DNA of 64,000 nucleotides. Source: Blasia pusilla (Eukaryota). The translations under genes were made by a program, and so were the position numbers. Under the pieces are notes generated by a model. That model searched no databases. It saw only the letters and a program-made list of their open reading frames with translations, and had not been told where the DNA came from. The DNA is taken from NCBI GenBank assembly GCA_050084515.1, contig CM114271.1, forward strand, positions 42,780,001 through 42,844,000, given 5' to 3'. Below, piece by piece: positions 12,901-24,600 of this stretch; the stretch's first letter is position 1; the number at the start of each line of letters is the position of its first letter.

Positions 12901-14561
12901 ACGGAAGAATATAAATGGGTATGACAGATATGAAAAACTTGAAGCAGATCCTCCAAGAAAGCAATCTGCTCACCAGCAGGGATACATGCAAAGGGACAGC
13001 TTAGCCAGGCCATCTAACCGTGAGCAAGTGCAATCTAGCAGGGATTATCGTAATGATGTACGCCAAGGGTGGCCCACTTGGTTGAGTGAGTTTGTAGCTA
13101 CCATATTTCATGAGAAGGAGGGTCCCTATAGGCCACGAAGGTCATCTTTTCGTAGGGCTGTAAAGCGGAGCAGCTCACCCGAACGAGGGAAGGCTTCTCT
13201 AAAAGTTATCTCTGCGGATGGAAAATCACTAATTAGGGCGGATAGAGTGGACAGAGGTTTGGCAGAAGATAACGAAGCAAGGCAGTGGAAAGAAGAAGAC
13301 GAGGTAAGACACTTTCACTTCATACATTATTCCGTGCGAACCCTACCGGTTTATCGAAGGCTCAACTAGAAAATGTGTACAGAAACCCTAGTGTTGTTTT
13401 GTTCCAAGTAGATTTCAGATGAGAAATGTCCTGGCAATAAATGATGCCGCAACTGGTTTATACAAGACAGTAGAGAGCCTATCCTTGGTAAGTATTGGTC
13501 TTGATGTGACCTTTTTGCTCTTGAGATGTTTCGTGTTGCTTTTGTCTCAGCTGGTAGTTTTTTGGCCTTTCTGGAGGAAGCAACCTTCAAACAGTTCTTA
13601 GTTCTTATTTGAAGGGAATCTGTTGGTACTGAATGGGCAGCTGGACTTGAAGAGGCAGATCGATGAGTTGAATAAGAGAGTCCAAGCAGTGGACGAAACT
13701 CGAGTAGCTGCAATGCGTGCTTTGGCGGAGGAAAGGACACGAAGTTTAGAGTTAGAAGTGAAAATCAACCGCCAGGTAGTCCCTCTCTTTTTGTAGTTAT
13801 TTGCAGAGTCATGAAATATACCAAGAATGTTCGTCAGAACCTTGGTCCAACCAGTTGTAGCAGAGCATTCTGGACTTTCAATTATATGCTTCTGGGTGGC
13901 TTCTAACTGTATTGTTGTTTTCTGCAGAAAGAAGCTGCAGCCTCTCTGGAAGAAGAGGTGCGGGTGCTGAAGGTAAGATCATGTACCAAGTTTTGTTTCT
14001 TGAAGAAAGTATTGTGTCAAACTGCTGCGTTAGTAGTCCTAAAGTCAAAGGCATCTGTCCAGTCATTTAAAGGTCAATGGTAGAAGTCCACATTTTGTCT
14101 GATAATCATACCTCAGCAGACCAAGGATGGCGATGATCTGTACGGTTTGGTGGTTGGATGGCCATGAATTGAAGTAATTGGATCTGTTGGCCCTGATCTT
14201 GGCCTACATTCGAATTCACAGATTATTACTTGGGAGAATCTGGTGGAAAGCTTGCACCAGGCATACAGTATTTATGTAGTTTTGAATTGAAGAGAAAGTT
14301 TGCACTTTGCTCAAGACCACCGAGGACTGAACAAAAGCCAGAGAGATCATTTGTCGAAAGAGTACAGTTGGGTGTGTGCTGAGCCACACATTTGTGATTT
14401 CGTTGCAGGAGTCTCATGAGGCCCTCTTGGGGTCGCTGAGGAAGAAGTACAGCTCAACTGCTGCAGCTCGAGCAGCAGCTGCTTTGCTACATCAGAACTG
14501 GGACAGTGGTGACAGCAGTGCCAGAGTGAGCCTACCGAATCATTCCAAGGTAAAGCACTGA
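9991..14561 (+). CDS. Putative plastid-targeted peptidoglycan-binding-domain (PG_binding_1-like) membrane protein with C-terminal coiled coil
   Basis: Phase-consistent GT-AG exons: 9991-10890, 11410-11456, 11624-11768, 12101-12257, 12375-13303, 13419-13487, 13641-13775, 13928-13972, 14409-14561. Spliced LREGDSGPQVLNLQRALFWLGHLPGLSLSGYFGPETSRALQEFHASHGIPNSNVWG fits the PG-binding consensus. Ser/Arg-rich N-terminus resembles a transit peptide; hydrophobic VGVVFLGFVVLSGIAKLW; heptad-rich C-terminus. Confidence 0.8.
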
Positions 14562-15655
14562 CGAGTTTTGAGAAGAATCCCCTTCATACCCGTGACCGGA
14601 TCCAGCATATCAATCTTAAGTTCCTCTGGGTTCATGAAAATTATCACTCTCAATCCATGCACCATAACCCAGTCCAAAGATGCGTTTGATCAGAATTTTT
14701 CTCAATAAAATAGCTCACTGAGAAAATGGCGTGTCCTCCTTGTTTGTGATCTCATGCGTCTGTCTCTATTTCCCAAGACCTTAAATGTGCTCATTTTACT
14801 CAACGATGTGATTCCATACACGCCGGTCACCCATACAAATCATCTAAGCATATCGTGAGGTGTAAGGTCGCTAAACTCTACTCTGTGCGCTCTACCTCTA
14901 GAAGTTCTGCTAGAGATCCAAAATAAACGAGGGAGCAAGCGGAAACAGGAATGGAAAATGTCCAAAGTTGTGGAGTTTTCCATAGAACCTGGGAGCGAGG
15001 GGAGATGACATTTGTAAAGCACTGAAGAAGTTACTGAAATAGGACCTTCTCGGTTTCCATTGGTTGCGCAAATCGGTTTAATTCAAGGATCAATTTCATT
15101 CTGAAGGTCCTAATTTCGGGCTACGAGTTCCCCCATGAAATATGGGAAAAGTCCCAAGGAAGCATGACCGAAATTGGTAATCAGACCTCTATCCTCCCTC
15201 GTATATGCACGGAGTTTGAAGCAGAAGCAGAAATGCTCCGTCGGAACTACTGAGACTGCCAGTAGCACACACACTACATCGGCCAAAAGCAATCCCGGAT
15301 TTCTCCATTTCCAAAATCCGGAATCGAAGTCTCCCTGTAGATCAAAGCAGACCAGATGTGTTGTCGGACCTCCTATCTGGTTGCTTCCCACCAACACCGT
15401 CTCTCCTCGTGCTGTTTCCACATATCTGTGTAGGCAGTGGGGAATGTCGTAGAAAGTCGACCGACTGACACATGTAGGCGATGGGTCGTGTTGACGACCC
15501 ATCAAGAATTCGGCTAATAGTTGCCGCACGTCTCGCGAAGGTGAAGGTGAGGGCTACGGCAATTCTTTGTTTGGAAACTGCCGAATCTCCTGGGCAGTTT
15601 TCATATCATGTTGAAACTAGGGGCTAGTCTTTCCATATCGCATGGGGACCGATAC

Positions 15656-15901
15656 CCGGTGGAACGTCGTTCTACTCTGAGTGTTTCGTCAGGTCGTGAG
15701 GAACAAATAGGTCATAAGTGTGAAGGAGAGGAGTATGGCTTACTTACCGGGTGGAACGTCGTTCTACTTCGAGTGTTTCGTGAGGTCATGATGAGGAACA
15801 AAAGGGTCATTAGTGTGAAATAGAGGAGTATGGCTTACTTGCTCGGGGAACGTCGTTCTACTCCCAGTGTTTAGGGTGAAGAAGAGGAGTATGGCTTACT
15901 T
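15656..15901. repeat. Tandem repeat, ~92-94-bp unit, 3 diverged copies (last one internally deleted)
   Basis: GGAACGTCGTTCTACT at 15661, 15753 and 15847; each copy ends AGAGGAGTATGGCTTACTT. Confidence 0.85.
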
Positions 15902-16222
15902 TCAAGAGGTTCGGTGTAAAATTTGGTGGAAATGAATTCTGTCACGGAATTTCAAACCACTCCCAACTAAACCAAATTGTGACTCTGCCTTGTGACTATG
16001 ATAAACAGACAATGCACGTACAATTGTGAAATTGACGAAAGTTTAAGGGAATATATGTATACTATTTTCAGTTACGACGCGAGAGAATTCAACACGTGGC
16101 AAGGAAGGGGTTGTGGAGAGGGAAGGGGGCATTCAAGTAATGAGGAGAGGACGTGTAGGGGAAGGTTACGGGCATTCAAATAACGGGGCGTTAGGTGTAG
16201 GGGACGGATACGCGGAGGGGGA

Positions 16223-16395
16223 TTTAGGTGTGGCCGGTTTAGGGGTAGGAGACGGGTACGGGGGAGGCAAGGGGGTCTTTAGGGATCATGGTGTGCACCC
16301 TGATCTAGTTAGGGGGGGCTTTAGGTGTGGCCGGTTTAGGGGTAGGGGACGGGTACGGGGGAGACTAGGGGGTCTTTAGGGATCATGGTGTGCAC
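16223..16395. repeat. G-rich 76-bp direct duplication
   Basis: 16223-16298 and 16320-16395 are near-identical, with multiple G-runs and isolated TTTAGGG motifs. Confidence 0.85.
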
Positions 16396-16684
16396 TAACT
16401 AGTTCAGAATAGAGGAGGAATCATATAGTAAGTCAATTATTGTTTTGACAAAAATTTATGTTGGAAGAAATCCATAAAATGTTTTTTACTCCTCATGATA
16501 GTATAGAAGATATAGAAAGTGCGAACTACTTTTACTAAAATTTGGAATTTCAGTTAAAATCTCCATTTTAATGATTTCCTCACTCTACGTCCCATTAGAT
16601 CCGCTTCCAGATTCAAAGAAGATAGTGGATGCTAGGAGCTCTTAGGTCTTTCCATAGTGAAAAATATCTTCATTTGCTTCCTAT

Positions 16685-16880
16685 AATTCCAAATTTTCGT
16701 ATTGTATTTGTTCGTAGTCATATTTCAATTCTTTTAGGTACTTAGGATACTGTCCTAACCTTAGAGAACCTCAAGCAAACCAAATTCCAAATTTTCGTAT
16801 TGTATTTGTTCGTAGTCATATTTCAATTCTTTTAGGTACTTAGGATACTGTCCTAACCTTAGAGAACTTCAAGCAAACCA
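16685..16880. repeat. 98-bp tandem duplication
   Basis: AATTCCAAATTTTCGTATTG...AAGCAAACCA at 16685 and 16783; one substitution seen. Confidence 0.9.
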
Positions 16881-16904
16881 ACTCCAACTAGCGGTGTTCA
16901 CGGA

Positions 16905-17022
16905 CATGAGTCTCCAACTATGTAAGCAATTATTGATTCTACTAGTTTGAGCATTTGCAAGAGCATGAGTCTCCAACTATGTAAGCAAATATTGATTCTG
17001 CTAGTTTGAGCATTTGCAAGAG
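16905..17022. repeat. 59-bp tandem duplication
   Basis: CATGAGTCTCCAACTATG...TTTGCAAGAG at 16905 and 16964; two substitutions seen. Confidence 0.9.
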
Positions 17023-20000
17023 AACATGGATTCTCTATCTAGGACATAGCCGTGTTACTCTAAAACGTGCAACTAGATCATCCGAATCGACCCGGAAATA
17101 CTCAGATTTATTGTATATCTCTGACTGATTTCAGATGAGCAAGACAACTGCCCACACGCCGAAGGAATTTGAATGCTATCGGGCAAGAACCACTTGCTAC
17201 CACTCGGCAGACAATAGCGAAAACCACAAATTGTGAACAGAAAGAGTGATTTACTATGTTGAAACTGTACCAAAGGCAGTAGTACTAATGTGAATTGTCC
17301 ATACACACTAGAGCATCAATCAAACGCCAGTACCAATCGGAATGAGCTTTTCCCTAAAAGCAGAATACTGCGCATCACCACGTTGGCTGTAAGTGTTCTG
17401 AAGCAATTTCAACCGTAGGTGCTATCACCTAATGAGAGTGGGTTCCCGACATACAATCAGGGACCAAAGCTATGTATGCGTGTTGTCAAATCATTTCCGA
17501 CGTTCGAAATGGATCTCGGGCAGTCTCACTGCAGTTTCGTTACTCATTCTCGTCTAGATCAATCTCCTTCAGCTAATATCTAGATAGGTAACAACCAACG
17601 CTCGGGATATGAACTGTTTGCCGTGACTGCGGTGTATCTTGAACGCACAATCATTCTCGATAATGCGTTCTCAACTTCATGTAGACACTTCACGTTATTC
17701 AAATCGTAAACCATGAACGCCGACCACATTTACCTCAAGGCTTGAATCAGTTCGTCAAGCCAACCTCCTGCGGTCCTGAAAACAACAAACTTTACAGCTA
17801 CAACACTCGGAAGAGACTAAACATTGTGGTGTCCAGATTGGCATGGGATCCACACGCTTGGTTGGTATCGCACAACTGGCGTTACTGCATTATTTCTACC
17901 CCATGATGCTCTTGGAGGCTTACAAGGACCCCACGCTTATTCGATCCTAAGCGTGAAGATTACAGCTGCCACACTCGATACGGAGCTACTGCAGCGGTTT
18001 CTGAGACGGGTTGCACTTGTGAATCTTAAGTATATCGCGGCACTATTTTATCGCTCACGCCGCAAGACGGATATGGAAGCACTGGGAAGCACGTAGTGGC
18101 GTTTGGCCCTTTACAGCATTCCAGATAGATCATGCAGGGTTTGTCTAATCTGTCCACATATCCATTGGTATTTTTAAGCAAAAATATCGAAGCTAGAAAC
18201 ACTCGTTCCGAGGCAGAAGCTCCTACTGGGTGCATTGCATTGCGTAGCTCGCTCGTATGTGGAATCCGGAATCCATAGCTAATATTAACTTTTGGCTCCG
18301 GGTACGCTTGATACTCGGCTCATCGTCCTTCTGTCGCTGCCGGTTGACCAAAACGAGTGGCGTCCATGACAAGAAGTGATCTGCTGCAAACGAAGATGAA
18401 GCCCCGAAAAGAACGATTAACTGAGAGGTTGCTCGCCCGTCCTGTCACCAGCCTTGTACTGGCCATCTCCTGTCTTGATCAATATCGAAGAGTGCCTTCC
18501 GCCAATCGGTCTCCAGTTCAGGGCCGTCCTCGATGGGGTCTAATGTCCTTCTACTGGCAGAGTACTCTTTCGGCCTTCTCATCAGCCCAAATTTCTTGTT
18601 TGTTTGTTGGCCATGCTCGACGGAGCTCGAAGTCGGAGTCCACAGCACAACAACATGCACTCGTTTTCGCGGTTGGTAAGAGCTTGTGCCACCTCTGCTT
18701 TCGCTACCAGTCCTACCCAGCAATTTGGCACTCACGCCTCCATCTTCTCCTCTTGATTTTCTGCCATTTCTTCCCAACAGTTTGCTCATCAAGGGAAGCC
18801 CCGTCCAGTGCTGCCGCCTCACAAACCTCCACAACCGGAGCTTAAGTACCTTGAACCTCAGCTTCATGGCAACACACTTTCTGTACAGACACGAGATGTA
18901 GGCCTTCCGAACAAGAACAGATTCGCAATTAGATTTCGTCCACGACGCTCATGGAACGCTTCGCATGATGATGCGCATCGCATCAGAGCTAGATCTTCTC
19001 CATGGCATCTGAGGTAGAGACGACGTTCGACAAGCCCCGCGGAGAGAAGCACGCCATCGCCAAACCTTCGCAATTCCGCCCTGTCTCTCTGAAACTCCGC
19101 ATGAACGTTCCACTAATCCGCTCGACTGCCTGCCACCTCTCGATGATCTCCTGTTTCTTCACCGAATGGAATTCCTACGATACGCCCGTTGAGATAGACA
19201 GTCCAGCGGGCCGGGTTCCGAGCTAACAAAGCTACAAGCTGGATGCGAATTCGACTGGATGGATCGAGGAGGATGGAGGTTGAATCATTTCTCTCCTCTC
19301 AAAGGCTCAACAGCTCCTTTCTCTCTCGCTCTTGTGCCAATGCCCTCCAAGATATCTCAGACTCCTCCGCGTGAGTGGCCCACCGAGTCCCTCCGATGTG
19401 GCGAGCATCGATCCGTCGGCATGGTCAGGCTAGGGCGGCCGTAGAGGTGGGACCCAAGTGCTTTTACCTTATTGGATTTGCCTGAGCCAGGCGTGGGGTT
19501 GGCGGCTGGAAACTCCGTTGACTGCCGTGGGCCGCTGCCACTTCTGTCGATGGGTTGCGACTGCTGCTCTAGGGCAATGAACGGGGAGGTCCGGGGTTAC
19601 GAGTAGCCGGCTAAAATAACAAATTCCCGATTCAATCCAAACTCGTCGGGGAAAAACTGGCAGGTTTAGGGGGGCTTTCTTTGTAAATATATCTGGAAAA
19701 CCGGTTGGAAATCTAAATTTACCGGTCCGGGATCTGGAACACCGGTTCTGTACCGGTTCTCGTGAAAAAACTCCCCGGACTATGCTCTAGGGTGGTGGGA
19801 ACTGCACTCTGGCCACGACTGAGGGTGAGTGTGCAGCCGACAGATTGCAGGAAAGCGCGGGGATCGGACCATCACAGCTGTCGCACGGCTCGGCGCATCT
19901 CGACGCCCCGCTTCTTTTCCGATCGCGGGACGGGCGACATTCCTTCTGTGCCTCCGGCGACGGGACTGTGGTCCTCCGCCGCGTGGCGTCTCTCTGACAG

Positions 20001-20686
20001 CGCCTGCACACTCTGTAACCTTCCTGCAGTGTTTCTCGACAGCTCGAACTTTTGTAGCACTTACCTGTCCGGGGCGGCTTTATTCCGCCTTATCCAGTGG
20101 TGCGGTGTAGCTCGTAGCTTTCTCATCCCTTTCCAGTCAGATGGAACTCGGAAGCCCACTATGTGTTGTGGGAGAGATGATGAATTCCTTTTGCCTGCCA
20201 CAGTGCCATCCTTGTGGGAAGGGTGGCAGGCAAAAGAAATAGATTGCCTCCCACGGCTGATTGTTCTCTCACTCAAAGTTCAGTCGCTTCCTCCGACTCC
20301 AGTCGGGTCGACGTCGATGACAATTGCTTTCACCTGCTTCTAATCCGATCGAACTACTATCTGAACTCACCATGCATTACTCGTAGGACCATTAAGGTGT
20401 GGTGACTGCATGTGAGGCGGCAGGAATGGCCGGCGGTGACGCTACTGGTGAGGTGGGTGAAAGAGCAGAGCAGAACTCAAAGAGCAGCGGCGACTAGCGG
20501 ACGCCCTTCTTTGCACGGGTTAATTTAAAATATGACCCGATGATTTAATTAGTTCTCAAAACTATCAAACAACTTCGAGTGATTTTTTTCAGGAGAGGAT
20601 CCGGAGTAACGAGTATGGCTAGCCGGTTAAATTTGAGAATTTGCCTACGACTGGCATTCGAGTCCTTTGTATTTCGTATCTCAAAG

Positions 20687-20754
20687 CCGGTTCAAAATCC
20701 GAAGTTACCGATTGGCCATTCCCGGCCAATCGGTAACTTCGGATTTTGAACCGG
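20687..20754. repeat. Perfect 31-bp inverted repeat with 6-nt loop
   Basis: CCGGTTCAAAATCCGAAGTTACCGATTGGCC-attccc-GGCCAATCGGTAACTTCGGATTTTGAACCGG. Confidence 0.95.
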
Positions 20755-21690
20755 GAAAAAGCTTCCCGAACCTGGTTGGAAGGAGCTTGCCATTCGGTTT
20801 AGATGCGTTTACAAAATTCTTCGACACCTGTTTTCGATGTCTCCTCTGCTGCTTACATGTGTCATTTCAAAAAATTAAATTGAAGATCGGGAGTTAAAGG
20901 GAGAACAGAATTAAGTTAAGGGAATGATGGAAACGACCAGGACAATAATATAGGTGGGAAATACTAATTCCATTAGAATCACAATTCCTCCAGGGAACTT
21001 ATTTCTTCGAAAGGGGAGAAACCTTTCGCATAGAGTTGAGACGGGCCCCGGACTTTTTTTAAGTGTATTCCTACATTCGAGTCGAAGACCGTAGGACAGT
21101 CGAGAGGGAAGGGCGGTGGGATGTCGTACCACACTGAAGAGGGTGACGCCGACGCGAGGATTTAGAGGAGGGACTGGCACTCGACTCACCCCGACGATCC
21201 TGTCACTAGCACTGGCTGCATATCTTTTTGTTTTGCATTGAACGCTCACAAACAAAGGAACAAATATGTATCCACCCTTTTAAATCATGCTCTCCTCCGC
21301 GAAGGCATGCTCTTATCTGCAACGTGGTGTCAAGTGTCTTCAGTTCTATGCGTGTGCGTCGGTCAGCGTGCTGCCTTGCGACTCGACTCTTGCGACTTTT
21401 TGGAGTACAACACTGCAGTCCCTGCCTGACTGCGAACCTCTCGGTTTGAGCGCAAAGCAGTTTATCGTTTGGGCGTCGCGAATGTGAGCAAGATTGCTCC
21501 AGGTATTTATCTGACCGCCGCTTTATCTATCTGACGGCCGACGAATGAACGAATCTACCAACTGCTCCGCTGCACGTCGTTGAGTCGAAGTCTGACACGT
21601 GATGAACAAGACACCTTCTCGACAGCTCGAAAAGTGTCCAAGTAGGACCTCCAAACCCGGACAAGACAAGTCGAGAACAGGTCTCGGGCA

Positions 21691-24600
21691 TCACAAGGGG
21701 GCAGGGCCGGTGGTCCCTTCGGAGGAGATGGAAGCAGGCTTCAGGAGTTGGGAATCATTCGAAGTGGAGGTGGAGATCGGAAGAGCAGACGCAGCTAACT
21801 GGCTAGAGCCATCGCTGAGATGGGGTGTGGCTTTACAGTCGGTGGACATCGAGGGGGGGAGGCTTAACAGAGGAGTGACAACTTGGCTCAAATTAGGATC
21901 TTGAGTATCTAGCTCATTTTTTTGTTCCTCCATACCACTGTTCGCTACCTTATCAGAGTAAACGGGCCTGTCTGTCATCAACTGTCGTTCCGCCTCACGA
22001 AACTGCAGACTTTTGGACTTGGACAAATTCTTATCAAAATATTCAGGCTCGGCTGCAAGGATCCTCGCAATGCGATCCCAATCATCTGATTTTCTCAGCC
22101 TCGGAACTTTTCCCAGTCCAGGAGTCCCAGACCGAGAAATGCTTGATGCTGCTGTGCCAGCAGATATTGAGAGACGTCTAGGAGAAGTGCTCAACAGAGT
22201 CGTTTGAGGGGAGCTAGATGATATCACGTGGGGCGAATCTTCTTCTTCTTCAGATTTTTCCGGTTCCTCATTTGTTGCCGCTTCGTCCCTGACATCCCTA
22301 CTTCCCAATAACAGAGATTTAGATTGTAGGCTCCCACTGAAATCCCTATCGTTCACGATTTCATCTGCTGTTGTACGATGGTCTTCTCCAGAGCAATTTA
22401 CTTGAGACTCCCCAGTAAGGCCACTGCCCACGCCATTTTTTTTCTTATTTGATGAACTCTGCAACTTTTTGATGGCAAAACCAAGGCTATGTGCTGTTCT
22501 ACCGGCATGTTTCATAAAACCTTTTCCAATCTTCCTCACCCTGTTGTCCTTTGGGAAGTCCAAATCTGTCTGCAGCTCATCCGAGCTTGGCAGCGCTTTG
22601 TCATTTCGCACTGTAATATTGTTCAACTCATTGGAATCCAGTTCAAGCGTCGTCAGCACCTCTGTTCCCGTTTCCCCCTCATATTGCGCCAATTCTCCAG
22701 AAGAAGAATCTTCTGACGAGACTTTTCTCCCCTTCCCAGCCCAGAACCTTCTCATTTTACCCTTTTTCAAGCTGGCACCACTGGATTTCTCCACAGCTGA
22801 GTCATCTTCAATCCATTTGCTTTCTCCATCAACTTGAACAGGTTTCTTCTGCTCTGTCTGCTCGGTATCATATGGTTTCTTGACCACGGAAACCCCAGGT
22901 GTAACAATCAAAACTGCTCCCACTTGGCCACACCCAACATCCAAAGGTTTACATTCATACTCACAAGGAAGCTCCTCATCTGTTTCTGGATCTCCATGAC
23001 CACTGCCAATGTTGAGGCTTTCTAATGATTCTTTTTTAGACAAAGCTCCACTGACATTTGTGGATGATGTTGTATTCTTCTTTTGTGGATCTCCACGCTG
23101 CACCCAAAACAACTCAACAATTAGTCAAAATCTTCCCAAAAACAAAGTAATTATTTCCACTCAACAGTTCAGCGATGATTGCCACTTCTCTTAAATGGAG
23201 CAGATTGGATCACTTGCTGCTGACATCCCATGTCATCCTTCAATCCCAAAATAAATGTAGCTGCAAATAGATTCTAAGCATTGGGTTACTCTGCATCAAA
23301 TCCCTCAGCCTGGCTAGGGTCACAGAACTTGCCTCCGAGCTCTCACCACAATACTCCTCTTTGGAAACATTGGCTGAAGCTGAAAAGTCATCTACCGTCA
23401 AGGCTATTCGAATTTCTCCAGTTTTCACACCCTCAAGAGACAGAACCATCTCATGCCTTTGCCCATCTCTCAAGCCCTCCAAAGCTATTTCCTTATGGCT
23501 GCACAGATGGGAAGACAAGTCAATAAAAGTTCAATTTCTCACATCAATAATGATAACCAGCCTTGTTCCTTCAAATCTCAGTTGTCCTGAAAGGAAAACA
23601 GGGAAGCATCTCGCAACATTTTGGCTCATTAGCCCTTCACATTTCCGGATGTTACTCTACTCTACATGATACCATTCCCACACTCTCAATGACAGTATTC
23701 AAGGAGAATTGTCACCAAGAAAATTCTAGAACCTGCTAACTATCTGTCCCAGGGCTAACCTTAAACTACAGAACTTTGACAAGATCATGTAAACCATATA
23801 CTTCCCCGCCACAAGAGGAATTTCCTCACTGCGTGATTCCACTTCCAACTTAGGAGATTTAAGTCAGAAGGCTTTTAGATTATCAGCTTACTATGCCTTT
23901 CCACTTACCTGGATTGAGGTGCTGCAGAAAACAAATTTCAACCAGACCTTAGTCTTACAACAAGTTCACAAAATTCTTGTTAGGACCTATAGGAGAGGGA
24001 AACCTTCCAAGTTCATGAAGGTAAGGATTGTACCCCATGTCATCGTCACGAAATCGATCCTTATCCCGAACCCTCAAGTTCAACTTTTGATGCAAGTCCC
24101 ATCTTGGCAATGGGAGTTGAAACTGCTCATGCCACTCTGGTTCTAGGGTCCTCCTCCTGACTTTTGTGACACAACAGGTTGTCCCCAGCACAATTTTTAC
24201 ATATGGATCCGCTTTCCCTGATACAATGACGAGTGTTCAGGAACTCACACATACAGGTTCACAAGTAGAGGACAAAGTGGAAAACAAAAGCATCAAAAGA
24301 AAAACAAGTATTAATTTGAACATCACAGATACCAGGGTAAAGTTACCACAAAGACAGTTTGAAGAAAAAATCAGGCAACTCACCATTAACATCTGAAGGC
24401 TTCAACTTCTTGGCATCCAATATTTCTACCACCAGAATTCCACTTGGAGGCATACTTTCAGCAGAGAACCAATCACCTGTGCCCGGAATGTTGATTTCAG
24501 AGAATATTTTGAGATAAATCATCATAGGGTAGACTCAGAAAGGCCTGTCTAATCAACTCGTAACTACACTTTTGTTGTCCACCAGCTGATTTCTTGTGAA

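Noticed and set aside
15656-15901. CRISPR array
   Set aside because: Eukaryotic context, the intervening sequences are homologous to each other, and there are no cas genes.
16223-16395. Interstitial telomere
   Set aside because: Only isolated TTTAGGG motifs, not a tandem array.
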